Below, piece by piece: positions 48,240-58,491 of a DNA stretch of 64,000 bases. The stretch spans positions 14,477-78,476 of IMG/VR virus record IMGVR_UViG_3300034096_001618. One strand, written 5' to 3'. Every line of letters starts with the position of its first letter. Position 1 is the stretch's first letter. Origin of the DNA: a virus. Made by a program: the position numbers and the translations under genes. The notes below the pieces were generated by a model, which ran no database searches, was not told where the DNA came from, and saw nothing but the letters and a program-made list of their open reading frames with translations.

Positions 48240-48312
48240 ATGTCACCTGATTTACCAAACTTGTAAAAGATTGGAATGGCACCTTTCATTGCCTTTAAAT
48301 AAAATTTACTTT

Positions 48313-48891
48313 TTACATTGCATCTAATTGACCTGTACTTCCGCCAAGTGGAGGTGCGGCCATGTCTTGTCCAGTTCCACCTACTGGCGGAGTACCCTGC
48401 TGCGCTTGATCCATTGTTTCTGGAGTTGGAGGTGCGCCTGCTGCTGCTGGCGATGCTGCTGGCTCAGACTGCGGTGGTTTTTCTGGTTTATTTTCTGTTG
48501 CCGCCGTAGTTTTAGTTTCTTTGTTTTGATCTTTAGGTGATTCAGTAGGCGTCAATTTGTTGATTGGCACACCCATATCTGCAACTAATTTTTCTAAAAG
48601 TGTAGAAACAGCACTTATTGTTCCGGGTAAATCGTTTTTTTCATCAATCGATTTCATTATTGCAACGCCTGCCTTTTGAAGAACCACAAGATTCTCTCGT
48701 TCATCTTTAGGCCAACTACTGTGCAATACACGACGAATCAAATTAACAATACGCATAGAATATTGAGTTAAATCTCGTGATCCCATATTCTGAGCATCAT
48801 CACGCAATTCTTGCAAAGCAGCAAGAATATCTCCTACTTTTTGTGCTAAATAGGCTTGTGTTTCAAATAATAAAAAATCTTTAAATCTCAT
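48313..48891 (-). CDS. Putative internal head protein with Pro/Ala/Gly tail
   Basis: MRFKDFLLFE; TATAGATA 4 nt upstream. Confidence 0.75.
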   Translation of the reverse strand: MRFKDFLLFETQAYLAQKVGDILAALQELRDDAQNMGSRDLTQYSMRIVNLIRRVLHSSWPKDERENLVVLQKAGVAIMKSIDEKNDLPGTISAVSTLLEKLVADMGVPINKLTPTESPKDQNKETKTTAATENKPEKPPQSEPAASPAAAGAPPTPETMDQAQQGTPPVGGTGQDMAAPPLGGSTGQLDAM

Positions 48892-50528
48892 AGTTTATCT
48901 ATAGTTGCTCCAACATTTTTATTTTTAACAGCAGCCGCTATTAATCCCTTAAAAAGAGGCGAAGCTGATAACAAACGAGACTTAAATTCAGGATGCGCCT
49001 GAGCGCCAATAAAATAAGGATGAATAGAATTATCCATTTCCATGATTTCTACCAGCCCCGATCCTGTACTTGCTCCAGAAACATGAAATCCTTTTTTTGA
49101 ATACTGCTCAATAAACTCGGGATTTACCTCATACCTGTGCCTATGACGCTCATTAATTATTTTATTTCCATACAACTCTAAAGCCAAACTTTCTTTCTTT
49201 AATTCACATTCATAAGAGCCAAGCCTCATATTAGCCGACTTCTTCTCTAATTTTTCCTGACCATCAACAAAATGAACAACAGGATATTTGGTTTCTTTGT
49301 TAAACTCTAAACTGTTGGCATCTTCCATTAAACAAACATGTCTCGCAAATTCAATAACTGCCATTTGTAAACCCAAACAAATCCCCAAGAAAGGAATTTT
49401 TCTTTCTCGAACATATTGTATAGCTTTAATTTTTCCTTCTGTACCACGGTTATCAAAGCCACCGGGAACAACTATCCCATCCAATCCTTCAAAATACTTA
49501 TGAAGACCACGACTGTCTTTGTATTTTTCTAATTCTTCTGCCTTAATCCAACGAATATTTACCTTTACATCATTCGCCACACCAGCATGAATCAAAGCTT
49601 CTTTAAGACTCATGTAAGCTTCATCGCAATTATCATATTTACCAAATACGCCAATTTCAATTGCCTTTTCATGATTACCAACATATTTTTCAACAACATC
49701 ACGATACTTGTGAATACGACAAGAGCTTCTATTAAGCCTGAATAAGTCAACAAACAAATCATCAATATGACGATTGTAAAATTCCAAAGGAACCTGATAG
49801 ATGCTTGAAACATCAGGTGCCTCAAAAATACATTCTCTTTTTACATTTGTTTGCTGACTTATTTTAGTCAAAATCTTTTCTGGTACTTGTCTATCAACAC
49901 GACAAAAAATTGCATCTGGCTGCAATCCATGCCGTTGCAATTCCTTAACAGCATTCTGCAATGGCTTACTCTTGAATTCTTTAATGGTATTAACCCAAAG
50001 AATGGGAGCAACCATTACAACTAAAACATCATCTTTAAGCTTTTGCTTAAATTGACGCATAGCCTCAAAAAAAGCATAACTTTCACTGTCTCCAACAGTT
50101 CCGCCAATTTCTGCAATCACCACATCTTTGTCTTTACCAAGATCAAGAAGCCTTTCATGAACCTTATCTGTGATGTGTGGGCTAAGTTGAAGAGTTTGGC
50201 CTAAATACTTTCCTTCTTCTTGCTCTTCAACAAGTTCCTTATAGAGTGTTCCAGAAGTGCAAATGTTATTTTTGCTCATATTTATCCCAGCAATTCGCTC
50301 ATAATGGCCGAGATCTAGATCTGTTTCTGTTCCATCATCACAAAGAAAACACTCTCCATGTTCACGAGGAGCTAAAACACCAGCATTTGTGTTCAAATAT
50401 GGATCAAATTTAATTAAATTAATTCTATGACCACGAAATTTAAGCAGAAGGCCGATACTTGCAGCAGAAACCCCTTTACCTGTACCGCTAATCACTCCAC
50501 CAACTACAATAATATACTTGCAGGACAT
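48888..50528 (-). CDS. pyrG: CTP synthase
   Basis: GGVISG.GKG, DPYLN, ETDLDLGHYER, GICLG, RHRHRYE, HPEF. Confidence 0.98.
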   Translation of the reverse strand: MSCKYIIVVGGVISGTGKGVSAASIGLLLKFRGHRINLIKFDPYLNTNAGVLAPREHGECFLCDDGTETDLDLGHYERIAGINMSKNNICTSGTLYKELVEEQEEGKYLGQTLQLSPHITDKVHERLLDLGKDKDVVIAEIGGTVGDSESYAFFEAMRQFKQKLKDDVLVVMVAPILWVNTIKEFKSKPLQNAVKELQRHGLQPDAIFCRVDRQVPEKILTKISQQTNVKRECIFEAPDVSSIYQVPLEFYNRHIDDLFVDLFRLNRSSCRIHKYRDVVEKYVGNHEKAIEIGVFGKYDNCDEAYMSLKEALIHAGVANDVKVNIRWIKAEELEKYKDSRGLHKYFEGLDGIVVPGGFDNRGTEGKIKAIQYVRERKIPFLGICLGLQMAVIEFARHVCLMEDANSLEFNKETKYPVVHFVDGQEKLEKKSANMRLGSYECELKKESLALELYGNKIINERHRHRYEVNPEFIEQYSKKGFHVSGASTGSGLVEIMEMDNSIHPYFIGAQAHPEFKSRLLSASPLFKGLIAAAVKNKNVGATIDKL

Positions 50529-50596
50529 TACAATCACCTCTGCCTCTAAAAGAGTAGAAACAATCTAACAAAGGCCAATAAAATTAACAAGTCAAA

Positions 50597-51229
50597 CTAT
50601 TTCTTGGCGTAAATCATGTAACAGCAAGTTTCTAAATGCAATTTTTCAAGAATACACTCATAACCTAATTTAGCAAATTTATCAACCATCCCAATAGCAA
50701 ATTCACATTCTTTTGTTTTATCGCAAAACAAACCGCAAGTATGAACTTCTATTGCCCATTGCCTAACCATTTTAATGTTTTCATCAGACTCATTCAAAAC
50801 AAACGCAAATTCAAATCCCTCAATGTCTAATTTAAGGAAATCAATTTTTGATAATTTGAATTTTTCTATGATGTATTTTAGATCAATTGTTTCTATAAAG
50901 CCATTTTGACCAGTGACTTTTACATCTCTGTGGCAAATAAATGCATTTACAGGTCTGATTTTTTTATATTTTTTACAATTTTCTTTCAAATATTGATAAA
51001 TTTCCTCGTTTGACTCAAATGAAATAATTTTTTTTGCCTTTTTTTCAAGAGCAAGCAAAGAGAACAATCCAATGCTGGCACCCAGATCTAAAACAACATC
51101 GCCTTCTTTTATTTCAAGTCCATGCCTGAAATATTCTTTATCTTCCCAAATTTCCCTATAATATTTTTCATAATTTAATTTTATCTCATCGTTCCAATTT
51201 TGATTGATTTGAAAATCTGAAAATTGCAT
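50597..51229 (-). CDS. FkbM-family methyltransferase
   Basis: LDLGASIG, FE, LKLDIEG.E, EVH. Confidence 0.9.
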   Translation of the reverse strand: MQFSDFQINQNWNDEIKLNYEKYYREIWEDKEYFRHGLEIKEGDVVLDLGASIGLFSLLALEKKAKKIISFESNEEIYQYLKENCKKYKKIRPVNAFICHRDVKVTGQNGFIETIDLKYIIEKFKLSKIDFLKLDIEGFEFAFVLNESDENIKMVRQWAIEVHTCGLFCDKTKECEFAIGMVDKFAKLGYECILEKLHLETCCYMIYAKK

Positions 51230-51306
51230 AACTATTTCCCTTAAAAATATTTGCCGTCTTAGTGACGGAAAATATGACTCGTTGATCTAAAACAATAACT
51301 TAAAAA

Positions 51307-52950
51307 TTACTCGCAGCTTTTGCACTCAAGAATATTTCGTGCAAATGTTTGAGCCGCATTCACGGAAATTTGATAATACAATGACTTAATTCCCATTCTC
51401 CAAGCCTCAACCAACAAAGTATTAACATCCTTAGTTGAAATACTTGGATGGATCATTAAGTTAAGCGATTGGCCTTGATCAATAAACTGTTGTCTCTGTG
51501 CTGCCTGAATGATAATTTCTTTTGGGCTGATTTCAGCAAATGTCTTGAAAACATCCTTTTCCTTTTCGGAAAGGAAATCAAGATGCTGAACACTTCCTCC
51601 ATTCATAAGAATGTTCTTCCAAACATCATCAGTGTCTTTGCCCTTTTCCTTCAATAACTTCTCAAGTTCAACATTCTTAATCGTGAATTTGCCTTTCTGC
51701 AAATCCTTGATGTAATAGTTTGTCCTGTGTGGCTCAATACCCTCTGAAACTTGCCCTAAAATAAACGCAGATGATTTTGTGGGTGCAATTGCCATTAAGG
51801 TTGTATTACGCCGCCCATAGCCCTTACAGACTTCAGGTTCACCATATTCTTGAGCCAACTTTGCGCTTGCGGCATAAGCCTTCTCTTTGATGTTCTTGGC
51901 AACTTGAGTGTTAATCAACTTAGCTTCCATGCTCTCCCAAGGAATCATCTTGCTCTGCAAGTAACTGTGCCATCCAAGCCATCCTATGCCTAAAGCACGA
52001 TGTCTTTCTGCAAAGCGAACAGTTCGCTCCATGAACTTAATGTTCTTAGCTTTATCAATGAATTCAGTCATAACTGCATCGAGGAAGTAAGTCATCAATT
52101 CAACAGCATCAGTATCTTTCCACTCATCATAATGCAAAATATTCATGCTACTGAGATCACAAACAAATGATTCCTCTTCATTGTTTGCCAAAAAAATTTC
52201 TACGCATAAATTTGAGTGTGTTATCTTCATTCCTTTATCTTTATAACAATCAACAGTATTGTTGTTAGCATTGTCAATAAAAATTATATAAGGATATCCA
52301 AGATTAGATCTTGATTCCAACACTTTAGCCCAAACTTTACGTTTGTCTGCGTCTCCATCAATCATTTCCTGCATCCAATAATCTGGGACGCATACTCCAA
52401 ATGATAGATCTTGAATCGGACATCCTTCATGTCTTAACTGTAAAAATTCTAGAATATCAGCATGGTCGATAGGAAGATAAGCTGCAAAATTTCCACGTCG
52501 AGTCCTGCCCTGAGACACAACATTAATCAGGTTGTCAAAGGCTTGCATAAAATGAACAGAACCAGAGCTTTCACCGTTTTGCTTAATCTTAGAGCCACGA
52601 GGTCTAAGGTTGCCAAAATATCCACTTGTGCCTCCACCATGCTTAGTCATCATGGCAACTTCAGCCCAAGTGAATGCAATTGAATCCATAGAATCGCTTA
52701 TATAACTCCCAAAGCAACTAATCGGCAATCCTCGATCATTGCCAAAGTTTGTCCAGATAGGAGTGGAAAAACTATACCAACCCTTTTTGAAATTATCTTG
52801 AAAACGCTTTGCAAATCCCTGTTTTTTCAGGATTTTTTCAGCAGCGTTGCAAATTTCCGTAACACGCTCATCGACACTTTGACCTTCAACGAGATAATCT
52901 CGTTCAAGAAAAATGCGTGATAAATCAGTAAGCCATCTGTAATCTGACAT
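51307..52950 (-). CDS. nrdA: Class I ribonucleotide reductase alpha subunit
   Basis: ISCF, GGGT, SNLCVEI, APT, DQGQS, C-terminal CxxC. Confidence 0.95.
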   Translation of the reverse strand: MSDYRWLTDLSRIFLERDYLVEGQSVDERVTEICNAAEKILKKQGFAKRFQDNFKKGWYSFSTPIWTNFGNDRGLPISCFGSYISDSMDSIAFTWAEVAMMTKHGGGTSGYFGNLRPRGSKIKQNGESSGSVHFMQAFDNLINVVSQGRTRRGNFAAYLPIDHADILEFLQLRHEGCPIQDLSFGVCVPDYWMQEMIDGDADKRKVWAKVLESRSNLGYPYIIFIDNANNNTVDCYKDKGMKITHSNLCVEIFLANNEEESFVCDLSSMNILHYDEWKDTDAVELMTYFLDAVMTEFIDKAKNIKFMERTVRFAERHRALGIGWLGWHSYLQSKMIPWESMEAKLINTQVAKNIKEKAYAASAKLAQEYGEPEVCKGYGRRNTTLMAIAPTKSSAFILGQVSEGIEPHRTNYYIKDLQKGKFTIKNVELEKLLKEKGKDTDDVWKNILMNGGSVQHLDFLSEKEKDVFKTFAEISPKEIIIQAAQRQQFIDQGQSLNLMIHPSISTKDVNTLLVEAWRMGIKSLYYQISVNAAQTFARNILECKSCE

Positions 52951-53924
52951 TAGAATAAATCCTCTGCTGTAAACGACTTTGTGAACTTGGAATAAGTGAC
53001 TGGTTTCTTGTGGAAGAAATCAGTATTCACTTCGGCATGAATTTCGTCTTCAAACCACTTCAAATCCTTCAGTTTTTCCATATCAACATCGAAGTGCTTT
53101 TCGGCACCAATCATTACCAAACTCTCGTTGAAGCGATGTTTAACGAATTCCTTAACCACATCCTTGGTAAGAAATGGTAAGTCGCCATTTTCAAAAATCC
53201 AATCAACAATTTTTGATTCTGCTTCATAAGCCTTGGCACAAGCTCTTTGAAGTTTCGCATAAAAATCGTCATTGAACCAATTTGGATGTTCCTTCTTAAC
53301 TTGCTTGACTATGTAAACGCCAAGAAGCGCATGAATCGCTTCTTCTTTTTGAGTAGCTTGCACGACATTATCAATATCCTTCAAACAATTCATATATTTG
53401 TTGAAAGATTTGATAATCAAAAATTGAGAAAACAAACTTACATTCTCGATGAATATACTGAACAATGCTAATGTGAGAGTGTAGTTTTCGTTGCTATTAT
53501 CGGAAGCACCTTTTAGATACTTTGTAAGATAATCGACTCTTCCTTGGATGACAGGATTTTGGAGTAATTGATCGAATTCATTGTTCATCCCAAGAACTTC
53601 AAGAAGGTGGGAATATGCATCGGCATGACGAACTTCTGATTCGCCAAATGTAACACCTACTTGTTCAAATTCGGCTTTTGGAAATCTTTCTCCTAATTTT
53701 GTCCAAAATTTCTTGACCGAAATTTCAATCTGAGAAATAGCGAGCATAGCGTTCTTAAGAACATTTCTTTCGATATCATTTAGTTTAACATTAAAATCAT
53801 GAATGTCACCTATAAAATTCCATTCACTTACAAGCCAATAGCTATGGTTGATTGCATCTTTGTATCCGATAATTTCTGGGTACTCGAATGGCTTGAAAGC
53901 CACTCGTTTTTCAAAAATACTCAT
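52950..53924 (-). CDS. nrdB: Ribonucleotide reductase beta subunit
   Basis: EVRHADAYS, IENVSLFSQF, EEAIH, DFF.....Y. Confidence 0.95.
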   Translation of the reverse strand: MSIFEKRVAFKPFEYPEIIGYKDAINHSYWLVSEWNFIGDIHDFNVKLNDIERNVLKNAMLAISQIEISVKKFWTKLGERFPKAEFEQVGVTFGESEVRHADAYSHLLEVLGMNNEFDQLLQNPVIQGRVDYLTKYLKGASDNSNENYTLTLALFSIFIENVSLFSQFLIIKSFNKYMNCLKDIDNVVQATQKEEAIHALLGVYIVKQVKKEHPNWFNDDFYAKLQRACAKAYEAESKIVDWIFENGDLPFLTKDVVKEFVKHRFNESLVMIGAEKHFDVDMEKLKDLKWFEDEIHAEVNTDFFHKKPVTYSKFTKSFTAEDLF

Positions 53925-53959
53925 ATTTTTCCTTCCCAACTGATCTGTTGGCGTCTCAA

Positions 53960-53988
53960 ATAATACTGGGAAATTATCTAAACATCAA
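53960..53988 (-). promoter_or_regulatory. sigma70-type promoter for nrdBA
   Basis: TTGATG-N17-TATTAT. Confidence 0.6.
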
Positions 53989-54015
53989 GATCTAAAAATA
54001 CAAAAATAATTTTTA

Positions 54016-56058
54016 CTATACAACCAATTTTGTAAACCCATTTTCATGAACAAGATTAAGAACATCAGTGGTTTGTAGCATTCTTAAAAGATCTGCATCA
54101 TGTGTCGTGACAAAGACTTGGCGATCTTCGCTGAGTTCACAAATCATGTTGTAAATTCCTATGTTTCCAACAGGATCAACATTGGTAGAAATTTCATCTA
54201 AAAACAATATTGAAGGAACAGAACCAGAGCTTATAGACATAATATGGGCAAAGGCCTGACTGACTGCTAGATTCAATCTTCTACGTTGTCCTGTTGACAT
54301 AGCGAAGTAAATGTAAGGATCGCCATCAGGAGGATTTCTTTCGATCTTTTCATTCAATTCATTGTCAAATTTTAATGTGATTTTATTGTCGATCAAGAAT
54401 TGAAGCCAATAATTTATGCGATTATTGAGTTCTGGAATAATACCATCAACAATCCATTTGCGAATCCCATTATCGCCAAATCCTGTGATCCAATAATCAT
54501 AATAAGGAAGTTCAGCCTCTAAAGACTTTACTTCAGTCTCTTTTTCTGCGACAGCGTTTGTTGCTTTTTTAAGTTCTTCTTCATCATTCTCCATAATTTC
54601 CTTAAATGGACTTTCTCCTTCCAATTCTTTTTTCTTTTCAAAAATCTGATCTTTGAATTGTTGTATTTTCTGTTGAAGCAATGCTTCTTCGTTATCTGTT
54701 TTAGGTTCACGAACCTTACTAGCTTCGACTAATTCTTTACGCCAAATAATTAACTCTTGATCAATTGCAGAAATTTGCTTGGTAAAGTTTGAAATATATT
54801 CCTTGATTTTATCTTGTTTTTTCTTAACATTCTCTGCCATTTCTTGGACTTCTTTACCAGAAGCGACTAGTTTTTGCAGTTTAACATTTATATCATTTAT
54901 ATCTTTTTGAAGTTTATCGATATATTCATTTATATTTTCTTCCAGAATTTCACCTTTACACTTATCGCATCTGGTTCCGACCTCATTGGCCTTGAGTTTA
55001 GCAATTTCCTTTTCTTTTTCTTGCCTATCGACTACTAAAATCTTACTGTTGCGAGCAATTTCTTGGTATTCTTCGGAAACAATTTGAGCTTCATTTTTTA
55101 TTTCAATTTCCTTGTTCTTTGTCAATTGAAGTTTTGATTCTAATTCTTGTTTAGATTTTTCTTTTTCTGGCATTTTTTCATTGATGGATTTGATGCTTTC
55201 TTGAGCTTTTTCATAAGCTAAAACGGCAGCGCCGTTGTCTGATGAGCCAAGCATTTTTATAAATCTATCAGCACTGGCAATCAGATTGCTTATTTCATTT
55301 TTCTTATCTTCACGCCATTTTGCTTCTTTTTGCTTAGTTAAGGCCAAGCGTCTTACAGCATCATCTTTACTGTTCACGAACAATGTATATTCTTTTGCCT
55401 TAATGTCAATTTTACTTTTAATTTCCTTGCGAAGTGTTTTGGCATTTTCAAACCATTCTCGATAAACGCCCAGAGAAAGCATATTCTCAACTATTTCTTT
55501 TTTTTGTTTGCTTTCACATTCGAGAAAACATGCTCTTTGATCATCGGTGAAAACAGACATGTTGATAAAAGCTTCATAGGAAAGACCAATTATTTCTTCT
55601 ATTTTTTTCTGTGTAAGGGACATTGTTCCTTGTGTGATTTCAGTGTTTTTATCCCAAACAGCTTCTTTGCTTTCCCAAAGGCGCAATGAGTTCTTGGTGT
55701 CTTTTCCACCTTCTTTTCTTGTTCTAATGATGCGAATGTCATCAAAGATTAATTCAACTTTAGCATCTTTGCCAATTTTGTTATGAACGACATCATTTGC
55801 GCCTAATTTTTCTGGTCTTTTGACAGTTTTGCCAAAAAGTCCATATGATATTATTTCTTGGATGCTGCTTTTGCCTGTTCCGTTGCTGCTTATTTTCATT
55901 TCATCGGAAAGTAAAGATGAATCAATCTTTTTAGCGTCACGGTTTTCTCCACGAACTAAAACTATATTTTGATAATTATCAAAATGAATATTTATTCCTT
56001 CTGGTCCGAATGGAAGAAAGTTATATGCGGCAGCAAATTTGAATTTAAGATTTTTCAT
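54016..56058 (-). CDS. SbcC/Rad50-like ATPase, T4 gp46-like
   Basis: NGTGKSS, coiled coil with CDKC hook, STGQ signature, FLDE, TH. Confidence 0.95.
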   Translation of the reverse strand: MKNLKFKFAAAYNFLPFGPEGINIHFDNYQNIVLVRGENRDAKKIDSSLLSDEMKISSNGTGKSSIQEIISYGLFGKTVKRPEKLGANDVVHNKIGKDAKVELIFDDIRIIRTRKEGGKDTKNSLRLWESKEAVWDKNTEITQGTMSLTQKKIEEIIGLSYEAFINMSVFTDDQRACFLECESKQKKEIVENMLSLGVYREWFENAKTLRKEIKSKIDIKAKEYTLFVNSKDDAVRRLALTKQKEAKWREDKKNEISNLIASADRFIKMLGSSDNGAAVLAYEKAQESIKSINEKMPEKEKSKQELESKLQLTKNKEIEIKNEAQIVSEEYQEIARNSKILVVDRQEKEKEIAKLKANEVGTRCDKCKGEILEENINEYIDKLQKDINDINVKLQKLVASGKEVQEMAENVKKKQDKIKEYISNFTKQISAIDQELIIWRKELVEASKVREPKTDNEEALLQQKIQQFKDQIFEKKKELEGESPFKEIMENDEEELKKATNAVAEKETEVKSLEAELPYYDYWITGFGDNGIRKWIVDGIIPELNNRINYWLQFLIDNKITLKFDNELNEKIERNPPDGDPYIYFAMSTGQRRRLNLAVSQAFAHIMSISSGSVPSILFLDEISTNVDPVGNIGIYNMICELSEDRQVFVTTHDADLLRMLQTTDVLNLVHENGFTKLVV

Positions 56059-56093
56059 GATTTTCCCTGTCGGTAAATAGACAGGTTAGATTA

Positions 56094-56819
56094 TCACGAA
56101 CATTCAGGCTCGTCAAGTATATTTGAAGATTTGTTTAAAAGAATGTGAGGGAAATTTTTTCTTTTCGAGGAATATTCTGAGAATATATCTGGATATCTTT
56201 CGTGGAATAAAATATTTCTATTAGTGGCTAATTTTTTCAAAGAACCAGTAGGATGAATGGCTAAGGGCATTTCGCCTTGAAAATTAAGCGTTCCCTTTTC
56301 ATCTTTTAAATTTGGCAAATTAATGAAATTATAAATATTATTGACAAAATTTATATCTGAATCAAAATGTTTCATTAAGCAGTCTATTTTTTCCCCATCT
56401 TTAGTAAAATTTGTAATTGAATTGATGATATCGTATTTTTGCCAAGATTTTTTACTACCTGCAACAAATCCAGCATTTTTATTTTGAGACATTATGATTC
56501 TGTTATCAATTTGGTCGAATAGTTGATCTATATTATCTTGGAACCAAACATCGGCATCAAAATAAACAAAATTTCCACAAACTTGTTTGTTTAATTGGGC
56601 AATTGTTGCGAGTGCATCATTTCTAATTGTTGATTTTTTTTTGCCTTGATAAATAGTAATGCCAAATTCTTTAATTTTATTGGCTGTACTTGTTTTTAAG
56701 CCAAAATCAATAATTATTGGGGTATATTTTGTTTGAGCAAGCTCCCTTAAAGAAGCAATCCATGAAATCCCCCATGGATTCCAATATTTTTCATTTATAG
56801 CTGTAATGATGAAATTCAA
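56094..56819 (-). CDS. GT-A fold glycosyltransferase-like protein
   Basis: IITA....Y, IIDFGL, YFDAD.WF, NAGF..G. Confidence 0.7.
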   Translation of the reverse strand: MNFIITAINEKYWNPWGISWIASLRELAQTKYTPIIIDFGLKTSTANKIKEFGITIYQGKKKSTIRNDALATIAQLNKQVCGNFVYFDADVWFQDNIDQLFDQIDNRIIMSQNKNAGFVAGSKKSWQKYDIINSITNFTKDGEKIDCLMKHFDSDINFVNNIYNFINLPNLKDEKGTLNFQGEMPLAIHPTGSLKKLATNRNILFHERYPDIFSEYSSKRKNFPHILLNKSSNILDEPECS

Positions 56820-56822
56820 TGG

Positions 56823-57878
56823 TCACTCCGGTCTTACACAAATTTTTTGGCCTATTGCCAATAATTTATCACGGTCTAGACCTTCATGGCCAACCTGATC
56901 TGCATACTTGGCAATCATTTCGTCGCCTTTATATAGAATAGCTTTAGCATCATGAATTATATGTTCATCAATATTTTTTTTGTGCTGCTTTATTTCCAGA
57001 CTTGCAAGATTGCTGTTTTCAAGTATTTCTTTTTTAACATTTATTAGGTCTGTTGCGCCAATATCATCCACTTTTATTTGAACATAATTGCCTTCTAGTT
57101 GATATTTTTCTTTATCTGCATAATTAATGACAAGATGCTTTGGACTGAAATTATTTTCAATGTATTCTCTTTCGTTCTTATCTCCATCGAAAACAATTAT
57201 ATGTTTCTTTTGAAATGCTTCCCCAAAACTTAATTGCAGTGGAGATCCAATGTATTCGACCTTTTTATTAACACGTTGCTCAGCATGGTAATGACCTAAA
57301 AAGGTGTGTGTGTAATCATTAAACAAAGCTGCGCTAATAGCAACCATATCTCCATCATGTTCTATGGCTACATCTGAATGTTGAGAACCATGAAGTATTG
57401 CGCCATCCAATGCTATGTGACCCAAAGCATATTCCATCGTGCTATGAATCTTTTTTAATTCTTCGAGAGATTCAATTGGATTGTGGGTATAGGGAATAAA
57501 GTCCCAATTGTGGCCTTCTATTTCAATTCTAGACGGTTTTGAGATTACATGTACGTTTGGCAAAGAAGAAAGAGGCATGACACTGCTTATTGTGGTTTTA
57601 TCGTTATACCATAAATCATGGTTTCCAAGAAGGAGATATATGTCGAAAATATTTTTCTTAGATGAATTGGCGAATATTTCAAAAACCTTTTGATAGGTAT
57701 ATATCTCAATTTTTTGACGATCATGAAAAAGATCGCCTCCAAATAAAATTGATTTGATTTTCAGTTTTTCAGCAGTGTCAAAAACCCACTGAAGAGTATT
57801 GAGACAATCTTCAAGCCTTTGATTGCTTCTTTTATGTGGATGCAAATGAATGTCGCTGAAAAGTAAAACTTTAGGCAT
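56823..57878 (-). CDS. SbcD/Mre11-like nuclease, T4 gp47-like
   Basis: SDIH, GDLFH, GNHD, GHYH, GSP. Confidence 0.95.
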   Translation of the reverse strand: MPKVLLFSDIHLHPHKRSNQRLEDCLNTLQWVFDTAEKLKIKSILFGGDLFHDRQKIEIYTYQKVFEIFANSSKKNIFDIYLLLGNHDLWYNDKTTISSVMPLSSLPNVHVISKPSRIEIEGHNWDFIPYTHNPIESLEELKKIHSTMEYALGHIALDGAILHGSQHSDVAIEHDGDMVAISAALFNDYTHTFLGHYHAEQRVNKKVEYIGSPLQLSFGEAFQKKHIIVFDGDKNEREYIENNFSPKHLVINYADKEKYQLEGNYVQIKVDDIGATDLINVKKEILENSNLASLEIKQHKKNIDEHIIHDAKAILYKGDEMIAKYADQVGHEGLDRDKLLAIGQKICVRPE

Positions 57879-57969
57879 GATCGGCTCCCTTTGATGAAAT
57901 CATGACAAAATTAATGAAAAATACAAGGATAAAATTCTTAAAATAATCAGGAAGGACATAAATAATCTG

Positions 57970-58383
57970 ATGATTAGCTTCAAACATTTTATTGAAAATA
58001 AAATAATGGTAGAACAAGGCCCACCGGGAGGAGCGCCTCCCGGTGGGCCTCCCGGTGGCGGAGCAGCACCACCACCACCTATGCCAATGCCACCTGCTGG
58101 TGGTGGTGGGCCTCCCGGTGGTGGCGGAGCACCTCCCGGCGGTACAGCAGGACAAACAGCAGCAAAAAAACTTAAAGTTTCTAATTTTTTCGATGTTGCT
58201 GAAAAAATAATTGATCCACAAAAAGAAGAAGAAAAAGAAAAAGAAGAAGAAGCACCTCAAGAGGAACCTGAAGCGGGATCTGCGCCAGCACCTGAAGCAG
58301 AAATGCCACCAGCACCAGCACCAGCGCCTGAACCTGCGGCAGGTACACCACCTGCGCCTACAGAGCAACAGCCGCCAGTTTAA
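57970..58383 (+). CDS. Pro/Gly/Glu-rich putative internal head protein
   Basis: MISFKHFIE; PPGG repeats; CATAAATA 5 nt upstream. Confidence 0.75.
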   Translation: MISFKHFIENKIMVEQGPPGGAPPGGPPGGGAAPPPPMPMPPAGGGGPPGGGGAPPGGTAGQTAAKKLKVSNFFDVAEKIIDPQKEEEKEKEEEAPQEEPEAGSAPAPEAEMPPAPAPAPEPAAGTPPAPTEQQPPV

Positions 58384-58491
58384 TTTTTGAATATTATTGA
58401 AAATTCTTCCTTTTTGCGAAGATTATTATAGGGCAAGGATGCCTTTTCAAAGTAAATCATGGTTTTCTGACGTTAAACGCATATATAAAAC

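Noticed and set aside
50597-51229. MQFSDF start of the FkbM gene as a capsid-targeting tag
   Set aside because: Has an SD, no adjacent late box and no nearby Glu site; probably chance, and a reminder that the short motif can give false positives
51307-53924. Introns or inteins in nrdA/nrdB
   Set aside because: Both ORFs are continuous and compact, with no insertion evident
57871-58368. 165-aa Arg/Trp/Cys-rich minus-strand ORF
   Set aside because: Antisense shadow of the Pro/Gly-rich gene
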